Below, one piece after another: positions 25,955 through 32,883 of a DNA stretch of 32,883 bases. The stretch is from a virus. The stretch covers positions 133,861 to 166,743 of IMG/VR virus record IMGVR_UViG_3300049218_000083; one strand, given 5' to 3'. The notes beneath the pieces are model-generated. The model saw only the letters and a program-made list of their open reading frames with translations. It ran no database searches and was not told where the DNA came from. How positions within the stretch are numbered: the first letter of the stretch is position 1; the number at the start of each line of letters is the position of its first letter. Both the position numbers and the translations under genes were made by a program.

Positions 25955-28285
25955 TTACAATCCCTCGGCGACTTCGGCGGCGAACTCGCGGACGATAGTC
26001 TTCACGTTCTTTTTCTGGTTCATGTGGTGGTTAAAGCTGGACTGGGCAGCTTCCTGGGACATTCCAACGCTGACCCGCAATTCCGCCTTGTAAGTCATCT
26101 TGGCGGTGTCGATGTAGTAGTAGCTATCATAGCCGAGGTCCGGAGTCGAGACCCAGCCGTTCTCCTGAAGACGCTTGGTCAGCTCCCGTGCTTTCGGAGC
26201 CAGCGTTGGGTTTCGGCCGATCTTCATAGTGATGATAGCAGAGTCGCCGAAGAAGTAGCCGATATGGCGGCAACCAGTAATCTGGCCAACCAGCTTGGTC
26301 AGCGCAACCTGATACGGAACAAACGGCGAGATGGTATTGTCCGGCAACTGGCTCAGTTTGGTCTTCGGGTCAATCAAGCCGAAGATCGTTTTCTGCCGCT
26401 CAGAGTGAGACATACGACCCTGCTCATCACCGAAGCTGATGAAGCCATCACCGTCACCGTCGGTCAAGTGAATCACACTGGTGATATCCACCTTGTGATT
26501 ATTCTTGAACTCCTCGATTATTTGACGAGAAGCAAGCAGCATGTGCATGTAGGGAGTGCCGCCAGTCTGGTAACCCATGGTAGCAATGTTCACCGCCCAG
26601 TTAGGATTCTTCGTGAGAATGTCTTTCACAGTTTGATCGCGGTTGGAAGAATTACCGATCTGGGCCAGCGCGTGGAGCATGTTCATCGCACGCTGATAGT
26701 TGGAACCACGCAGATTCGAAGAGAACATATGGCGAAGGTTGAATCCACTGCAGTAAGAGCGCTCCGCGAGCATCACACCGTTGGTACGGTTGGCCTGGAT
26801 CAACGATCCGCCAGTCGAGTAGTTGTAGCTATGCTGGTCACCGAAACCGTAAACGTCGAACGGGATGTTCACACGCTTGCAGAAGGTCGTCAGGATCAGC
26901 ATCTGTTCAACGATCTCCTTGATGATTGGGTCCATCGAGCCACTCAGGTCCAGGAACAGAATCATGCCGTGGGACTTGCCCTTGGTCACCGTGGTGATCT
27001 TACGGAAGATGTCATTCGTGAACTTGTAGCGGTTCAGCTTCTTGTCATCCAACTCGCCGGTCTTGGCGGTCAGCTGGCGCGCATACTGGTTGGCGTTTTT
27101 GCGCATCTCGAATTCTTTCACCAACATGTCGATGTAGTTCTTGTTGCGACGAAGGAACGCAGTATGGAGTTGCGCACACAGGGTGCCGAAGTTGTAACCC
27201 TCGGCAGAACAAGCACGACCGAACTCTGTCTCGAACCGTTCCAGAACAACCTTGTGAGGAACGATACAACGCTTCAGGTCAACCTTCGGCAAGTCGGCGT
27301 AGATAATCTGGGGAGCGCTGCTGTTGATCAGGTCGTCTTCCATCTTACGCTGGGCAGCATCAGTTATGGAGTCCGGCTCCGGCGTCGAATCACGCTCTTC
27401 CTTGCTCAGGCCAGCGCCAGGAGCGCTCGGGCCATCTTCCACTTCACCCTCGCCGTCAGCGTCGCCATCAGATTCACCATCGGCATCGCCGTCAGATTCT
27501 TCATCACCCTCATCCCCATCACCAGAGCCTTCGCCGTCGGCGTCATCGCCGTCGCTCTCGTCTTCACCGTCATCGGGATCCGTAGAGCCAGCCTCGGTTT
27601 CGCCTTCTTCGTCACCCTCACCTTCGTCGCCCGACTCACCAGCTTCTTCCTCGTCGCCGGCATCGTCTTTCTCTTCCTTCTTTTCCTGTTTCTTCTGCTC
27701 GTCCTTGGCCTGATACTTTTGGAAGTCGTAGATCTCGCGAGCGAGCTCAGCAACTTCATCCCAAGTCTCGACGGTGGCCACACGGTCAACGAACTTCTTT
27801 TCGGCAGGTGAGAACTCGACCAGCACAGACGCGCCGATCTTGAAGTAAAGGTTGATTCGGTCGATCAGACCCAGCTTCGAGAGGTCCTTGATCTTCTTCA
27901 CACCGAAAAGGTCACGGTCGGCCAGAGCCTGATAAGCTTCGGCGAACGGTTTCCGCAGGCCAGGATACTTGCGCTTAACGATTTTCTCAATACGCGCATC
28001 CTCGACCACGTTGAGGAACCGTTTGATATTCTTGCGCTTCGTGTCATACACGATGGCGTCATGCCAGCCATCGGCAGGCGTGTGCAGCGCGTGGGAGATC
28101 TCATGACCCATCAGAAGGTCATAGATGTTAGTGTCCATGTCTTTCCAAACCGGGCAGTGAAGCACGCGGTTCTTCAGGTCGAACTTCGCGGTGCGGATCT
28201 GGCGGTGGTGGACGGTGATATTCTCGGCAGCCATCAGCTTGGCTAGAACAGACTTGTTAGAGGTCAGGTCAGTTTGCTTTTTCAT
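25955..28285 (-). CDS. CobT-like protein: HExxH metallopeptidase-like domain + acidic linker + VWA domain
   Basis: HEISH, NVVEDARIE, about 100-aa D/E/G linker, MIDAS DLSGS, GGTP, LTDG. Confidence 0.88.
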   Translation of the reverse strand: MKKQTDLTSNKSVLAKLMAAENITVHHRQIRTAKFDLKNRVLHCPVWKDMDTNIYDLLMGHEISHALHTPADGWHDAIVYDTKRKNIKRFLNVVEDARIEKIVKRKYPGLRKPFAEAYQALADRDLFGVKKIKDLSKLGLIDRINLYFKIGASVLVEFSPAEKKFVDRVATVETWDEVAELAREIYDFQKYQAKDEQKKQEKKEEKDDAGDEEEAGESGDEGEGDEEGETEAGSTDPDDGEDESDGDDADGEGSGDGDEGDEESDGDADGESDGDADGEGEVEDGPSAPGAGLSKEERDSTPEPDSITDAAQRKMEDDLINSSAPQIIYADLPKVDLKRCIVPHKVVLERFETEFGRACSAEGYNFGTLCAQLHTAFLRRNKNYIDMLVKEFEMRKNANQYARQLTAKTGELDDKKLNRYKFTNDIFRKITTVTKGKSHGMILFLDLSGSMDPIIKEIVEQMLILTTFCKRVNIPFDVYGFGDQHSYNYSTGGSLIQANRTNGVMLAERSYCSGFNLRHMFSSNLRGSNYQRAMNMLHALAQIGNSSNRDQTVKDILTKNPNWAVNIATMGYQTGGTPYMHMLLASRQIIEEFKNNHKVDITSVIHLTDGDGDGFISFGDEQGRMSHSERQKTIFGLIDPKTKLSQLPDNTISPFVPYQVALTKLVGQITGCRHIGYFFGDSAIITMKIGRNPTLAPKARELTKRLQENGWVSTPDLGYDSYYYIDTAKMTYKAELRVSVGMSQEAAQSSFNHHMNQKKNVKTIVREFAAEVAEGL

Positions 28286-28341
28286 GACTCAAATCTACCC
28301 TAGTCATTACGAAAAGGGTAGACCCAACTCGCCGAAAAGTG

Positions 28342-29076
28342 TTAACTGGCGCTCGTTTCTTCGATGACAGTCGGCGTTGTGATCGTCACGCTTGGCAATT
28401 CGATCGTCACATCCGGTATGGATAGGTTGATTTGTTTCTGCAGTTCCTGCGCCTGACGCTCAGCCGCAACCTTGGCCATTGCCTTCTGGATAGCAAAGTT
28501 CTTGGCTTGCTGGATGCGCTGCTTCTCGAGCTTCTTCAGATTCGTCTTGACTTTCCCCTTTGCCTTGTCCAGCGTGTAGCGGTTGACGAGACTTATGTAC
28601 ACGACTCCATTCAAATGGTCCAATTCGTGTTGGAAAGTCCGAGACGTCAAACCTTGAAACTTGCTCTCACGCAACGCACCAGAGAAGTCTTGGTATTGGA
28701 CGTTGATTGTTTCCGGACGCTTGATCATCAGGAACAATCCTTTCCATGATAAGCAACCTTCTTCGAACGCGGTCTCACCTTCAGCTGATATGATCTTTGG
28801 GTTGAAACAAGCGAAACCATTTCCATCCGGTGATCCCATGACGAACACTCGGTATGGTAAACCGATCTGAGGTGCGGCCAATCCTACACCATAATTCTTC
28901 ACCATGGTTTCGAGCATCGAGATAGCGAGGAACTTTGGATCAATCGGTGGGTTGGCAAAGTCAAACTCTGGCGTTTGCTGATGAAGCACTTCCGAGTCGT
29001 TCGGGACCAATGGGTAGATGGCATACTCATATTCGATGCCTTCTGCAGTCTTCTTGTACTTTACCGGCTCACTCAT
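28342..29076 (-). CDS. def: Peptide deformylase with a C-terminal extension
   Basis: GVGLAAPQ, EGCLS, QHELDHL. Confidence 0.95.
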   Translation of the reverse strand: MSEPVKYKKTAEGIEYEYAIYPLVPNDSEVLHQQTPEFDFANPPIDPKFLAISMLETMVKNYGVGLAAPQIGLPYRVFVMGSPDGNGFACFNPKIISAEGETAFEEGCLSWKGLFLMIKRPETINVQYQDFSGALRESKFQGLTSRTFQHELDHLNGVVYISLVNRYTLDKAKGKVKTNLKKLEKQRIQQAKNFAIQKAMAKVAAERQAQELQKQINLSIPDVTIELPSVTITTPTVIEETSAS

Positions 29077-30797
29077 TATTCCTCCAAGTCAACTATTTCT
29101 GAGAAGCTATTTCGTTTCTCAAATCGTATCGTGCTATCGAACTTGTCATGTAGCAACTCACGGTGCGAAATGACGAAGACATTAGACCCTGATGGTAACG
29201 CGGAAAGCATCTGTAATACTAGATCCGCACCTGCACCATCAAGCGAACTGTCGAAAATTTCATCCAGGATCAACAAGTTGGTGTTCATAGAATTCTTCAG
29301 CTTTGCGACTGCTCTCCAGGCGAACAAGAGTGCAATGTCGATCTTTTGCTTTTCACCTTCGCTGAAACTATCATATGTGAACTGGTCACGGTGCCGGCTC
29401 TTTATCGTTTCTTCAAACTCCTCGTTCAACTCGAAGTTGACGAAGAAGTCCATGGATGCCAGGTACTTGTTCACAAGGTTGTTGATGACAGGCAAATACT
29501 GCTTGATGATTTGCGCCTTGATTCCACCATCCTTGAGCAAGTTGACTGCCACCTCATAATACGCTCGGTCTTCGAGTATCTCAGCGCGTTTCTCGTTGGC
29601 GGTTTTCAGAGTGTCGATCAGCTTGTTAGACGTATCCACCATATCATCGCTGATGACTCGCTTGGTCTTCAGGTCCTCGATCTTCTTCTCAGTCTGGACT
29701 ATGAACTCGCGCGTTGTCTCAATTGAGGAAAGATGAGAAGCTTTCTGACGTTTGAAAGTCGCGATCTGATCCTCAATCTTCATTATCTCGAGAAGCTTGG
29801 CGTCGATCTTGGTCTTGTGTTTCTTGGCAGAAATCTTCATGTCAGAGTATTCAGTGCGTTTCGCAGTCGCCTCGGCAATGACCTTATCGCGCATCTCACG
29901 ACTCATTTCTTGCCTACATGTCGGACAGCTTTCGTTCTTACCGTAGAAATCCAGATCATGGTTGCACTTACTGATCTTGTTCTCGAGGGTTGTCAGCGTC
30001 TTTTCTATCAGCTGACGTTTCCCTTCGGCTGTGATACGCTCCAAAGCTTTATTCCGAAGGTCATCTATCTTGCGGTCAAACTCTTCAATGACTGCTTGGT
30101 ATGTGTCGATCTTTTCCTTGCGCTCGTAAATTTCTTCTTCCAGTGCTTTGATGGCTTCCTGGTTATTCTTTTGAGCATCCGCAACATACTTCTTCTGCAA
30201 CTCAATCTGAGCCTTGGTCGACTCCAACAGGTTCTTGTTTGCTGCAAGTGCTTCTTTGGCTGCTGTGAAAAACTCCTTGGCAACCTTGTTCATGCTGGAG
30301 AAGATCTCGATGTCGAGTAGGTTCTCGATAATCAGACGGCGATCCTCAGCCTTCAGTTTCATGAACGGGATGAAACTCTTTGATCCAAGGATTACGATCT
30401 GAGTGAACGCACGATGATTGAACTTCAGCATCGTGTTCTCAAGATGCGTCTGATAGTCCTTGCTGATAGCTTCCTGATCAACCAACTGACCATCGATTCG
30501 GATTTCAAATATGTTTGGGCTGATGCCGCGACGTATGAAATACTTTTTGACACCGACGCGGAACTCTAGCTCGACCAGACAATCTTTCTGGTTGATGCTG
30601 TTGACTAGGTTGGGCTTGTTGATCTTGCGGAATGGCTTACCAAACAGCGCGAACGTCAGTGCGTCCAGCATAGTGCTCTTTCCGTGGCCGTTCTTTCCTA
30701 CAACCAACGTGGTTGCTTTGCTGCAGAGATCTACCTCTGTGAAAACATTACCAGTGGAAAGGAAATTCTTCCAGCGTATCTTCTCGAAAACTATCAT
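29076..30797 (-). CDS. 46: Recombination nuclease ATPase subunit (T4 gp46, Rad50/SbcC-like)
   Basis: KNFLSTGN, GKNGHGKST, CPTC zinc hook, FSEGEK signature, LILDEIFD, VISH. Confidence 0.97.
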   Translation of the reverse strand: MIVFEKIRWKNFLSTGNVFTEVDLCSKATTLVVGKNGHGKSTMLDALTFALFGKPFRKINKPNLVNSINQKDCLVELEFRVGVKKYFIRRGISPNIFEIRIDGQLVDQEAISKDYQTHLENTMLKFNHRAFTQIVILGSKSFIPFMKLKAEDRRLIIENLLDIEIFSSMNKVAKEFFTAAKEALAANKNLLESTKAQIELQKKYVADAQKNNQEAIKALEEEIYERKEKIDTYQAVIEEFDRKIDDLRNKALERITAEGKRQLIEKTLTTLENKISKCNHDLDFYGKNESCPTCRQEMSREMRDKVIAEATAKRTEYSDMKISAKKHKTKIDAKLLEIMKIEDQIATFKRQKASHLSSIETTREFIVQTEKKIEDLKTKRVISDDMVDTSNKLIDTLKTANEKRAEILEDRAYYEVAVNLLKDGGIKAQIIKQYLPVINNLVNKYLASMDFFVNFELNEEFEETIKSRHRDQFTYDSFSEGEKQKIDIALLFAWRAVAKLKNSMNTNLLILDEIFDSSLDGAGADLVLQMLSALPSGSNVFVISHRELLHDKFDSTIRFEKRNSFSEIVDLEE

Positions 30798-31870
30798 GCG
30801 TTCTCTTTTGACTGCGCTTCGTGATAGATCTTACGCATCACTGACTTCATCTTGTTCTTATCAAGTTTGGTCTCGATGCTGTCGACGTATGTGTCGAGCA
30901 GATTGTGAGTGCTTTGCGCCTGATCGACAGTCTCATCCATCAGATCAGAGATTGTGTTATAATCAGTGAAGTCTTCAACAATCGAGAGATCCGCGGGTTC
31001 CGCATCATAAAAATTGCTAATGAACCGATCAAATAGCATTGTACTGTTTTTATTCTTGACGATAACTTTGACATAGCGATCCTTGTACTCGGCATACTCC
31101 TTGCCGTCAATAGTGTCTACAGTTTCTTTGTCGTCATCATAGACGATCTTGTGAAACATCTTGTATGGGTTCTCAATGAACTTCAGTTCTCGTGTTTCAG
31201 TGTCAAAAATGTGGAAGCCACGAGGATCTTCCCAATCCGCCCAAGTCATTTCTCCCGGCGAACCCACATAATAAATTTGACCGTCAGAAGACTTATGATG
31301 AAAATGTCCGGAGACAACCAAATCATATCGAGCAAACAATTCACGTTTCGTTTCTCCGTGCCAGGTGATTCCTGATTCCATTGCAAATCCATCGATCTCA
31401 AAGTGTCCAAAGCAGACAGACGACTTGCTGTCCGCGATGAACTTCATGATCTCTTCCTTGTTGTCTGTACAGATCCAAGGAATGAAGTCAACCAACACAC
31501 CATCGAACACCATCCTGGTTGGTTCCTTAATGATGTCGATTCCCAAACCATATTCACCAAGTGTTAGCTCTGGGGAATTTACTCTAAGTGTATTTTTCAG
31601 ATACACGTCATGATTCCCAAGATACGTTATCAGATTCAACTTGCCATCTACAAACTCATCGAAGAAATATCCTCTACACTTCTGCAGCGTATCAAAATTG
31701 ATGAACTTACGACGATCAAACAAATCACCTGTTTGAATGACTTGTTTGATTCCCATGGACTTGATAGTCGGGAAGAACAGCTCCTGATAGAACCTCGCAT
31801 ACAACTCATGGAAGACCCTTGAGTCATTGCGCATGCCGAAATGTGTATCACCTAGGATGGCTATTTTCAT
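30794..31870 (-). CDS. 47: Recombination nuclease subunit (T4 gp47, Mre11/SbcD-like)
   Basis: GDTHFG, GDLFD, GNHD, GHFE, SGHFH. Confidence 0.97.
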   Translation of the reverse strand: MKIAILGDTHFGMRNDSRVFHELYARFYQELFFPTIKSMGIKQVIQTGDLFDRRKFINFDTLQKCRGYFFDEFVDGKLNLITYLGNHDVYLKNTLRVNSPELTLGEYGLGIDIIKEPTRMVFDGVLVDFIPWICTDNKEEIMKFIADSKSSVCFGHFEIDGFAMESGITWHGETKRELFARYDLVVSGHFHHKSSDGQIYYVGSPGEMTWADWEDPRGFHIFDTETRELKFIENPYKMFHKIVYDDDKETVDTIDGKEYAEYKDRYVKVIVKNKNSTMLFDRFISNFYDAEPADLSIVEDFTDYNTISDLMDETVDQAQSTHNLLDTYVDSIETKLDKNKMKSVMRKIYHEAQSKENA

Positions 31871-31875
31871 CTTCT

Positions 31876-31903
31876 ATTATAGCTTATTTATCATCCGGTT
31901 CAA
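31876..31903 (-). promoter_or_regulatory. Sigma70-like promoter for 47-46 with an embedded ATAAATA late-promoter-like motif
   Basis: TTGAAC-N16-TATAAT; ATAAATA at 31885-31891. Confidence 0.45.
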
Positions 31904-32492
31904 TCAACAACTCCAAATTCTTCTTGCTTGTTTCTTTCGATTTCTTCTTCGCAGCTTCCTGCGCTTCCTCGTATTTTCCGATGAACTCTTCGATATTTGC
32001 GTACATCTCAAACTGACCTTCCTGATCAGCATTTGGCATCTCATTCAGTTCAGCTTCGTGAAGGATACCAGCCTGTTGAGTTGCTTTGTACTTGATGTAC
32101 AGATGCTTCTTTTCACGCTGGATACGTCGAATGAAAGCATAATATGAAATCTTGGAGAAGTAAGCATGAGGATACTTGGACCAACGAGGATCGAAGTTAT
32201 CAAAGTACATGATACAGTTTTCGATGGCGTCTCCAATCATGTCCTGCTTGAATGGGTAGTTGTTGAAGATTGGCTTGTGAGCTAGATTGGTAGCAATCAG
32301 AAAGATATCCTTTCCGAGGCTCTCTGTAATACGTGGCTTTGGTAACTTCGCTTTACGAGCCGCTCTCGCTGCCTTTCGGTACTCTTTGATCTTACGGTAC
32401 ATGTCGTTGTTGTGGACATAGTTGTTCTTAGGCTTGTCCACGCTCTTGGTGGATGACAGTTCTGGAATGAACTTCGATTTTTCTCTGGACAT
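31884..32492 (-). CDS. 55: Late transcription sigma factor (T4 gp55-like)
   Basis: NYVHN, IATNLA.KP.F.NY, DMIGDAIENC, NFDP, AYF..I.YYAFIRRIQREKK; adjacent to 47. Confidence 0.95.
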   Translation of the reverse strand: MSREKSKFIPELSSTKSVDKPKNNYVHNNDMYRKIKEYRKAARAARKAKLPKPRITESLGKDIFLIATNLAHKPIFNNYPFKQDMIGDAIENCIMYFDNFDPRWSKYPHAYFSKISYYAFIRRIQREKKHLYIKYKATQQAGILHEAELNEMPNADQEGQFEMYANIEEFIGKYEEAQEAAKKKSKETSKKNLELLIEPDDK

Positions 32493-32826
32493 GGATGGTG
32501 CTCGTTGTTGTTATTGTGGTTCACCTCGTCATGATATAATGTTACAGTTCTATTATACGCTATCGGCGAATGTCACCCATGGTCAAACGAGCTTGACCGA
32601 TTGTTATAATAATGATGATTACACATAGGAATAGATTCTATCGTGCCATTGTACCGTTCTCTAACTGCTCTGTTGGTTGCAATTTTATCACAGTAAAAGC
32701 ATCGTGGTTTCGCTTCGCACCAACACCACCAAAGTTCCAGACAGGAGTGAATTTCTTATTCATGGTTTCCTACGTGCATAATTTGTCCAAGATATTCAAA
32801 TCAAGTAATTTAGAAAGTATTAACAC

Positions 32827-32883
32827 AAAATCAAAGATAAAATCAAAGATAAAATCAAAGATAAAATCAAAGATAAAATCAAA
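32827..32883. repeat. 12-bp tandem repeat AAAATCAAAGAT, >=4.75 copies, running off the window
   Basis: Units start at 32827, 32839, 32851, 32863 and 32875 (partial). Confidence 0.95.

Noticed and set aside
24392-27811. Long plus-strand ORFs of 505 and 595 aa
   Set aside because: They are antisense shadows of the AAA+ and VWA genes, explained by codon bias in the real genes; no recognisable motifs.
24233-28285. Cobalamin biosynthesis (cobS/cobT) auxiliary metabolic genes
   Set aside because: No cobN or other cob genes in the window; the similarity reflects the general MoxR-VWA family common in T4-like phages.
113-32628. Other plus-strand and nested alternative-frame ORFs in the track
   Set aside because: They overlap well-supported minus-strand genes and lack motifs; the window is uniformly minus-strand coding.
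1-32883. Restriction-site avoidance or alternative genetic code as a sign of modification
   Set aside because: GATC, TCGA and GAATTC sites are present and core genes translate full-length in the standard code; a real test needs k-mer statistics I cannot run.

Overview
This is a fragment of a large T4-like (myovirus) phage genome, with essentially all genes on the minus strand. It holds the core replication/recombination module, read right to left: gp55 late sigma factor, gp47/gp46, peptide deformylase, a GC-rich VWA-metallopeptidase + MoxR/CobS-like AAA+ pair, gp45, gp44, an EndoVII-type homing endonuclease, gp62, regA, gp43, uvsX, gp40-like and gp41. Probable late/internal-head genes follow at the left end. 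An unusually large set of base- and glycan-modifying enzymes is interleaved with the replisome genes: a TET/JBP-type 2OG-Fe(II) dioxygenase, a P-loop nucleotide kinase, three GT-A glycosyltransferases, a SAM methyltransferase, a cupin, dNMP kinase, an HD nucleotidase, dCMP deaminase, and a HAD + phosphoribosyltransferase-like two-domain protein resembling bacterial PRPP-dependent ribofuranosyltransferases. This set is the best candidate for an undescribed DNA (or virion) hyper-glycosylation system. Smaller items missed by the ORF track include an internally deleted HNH remnant, a 40-bp duplication making a chimeric mini-ORF, a possible +1 frameshift tail on the AAA+ protein, a 35-aa basic peptide, short-spacer promoter-like motifs and a 12-bp tandem repeat. 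All calls come from motif recognition by eye; no database searches were run.
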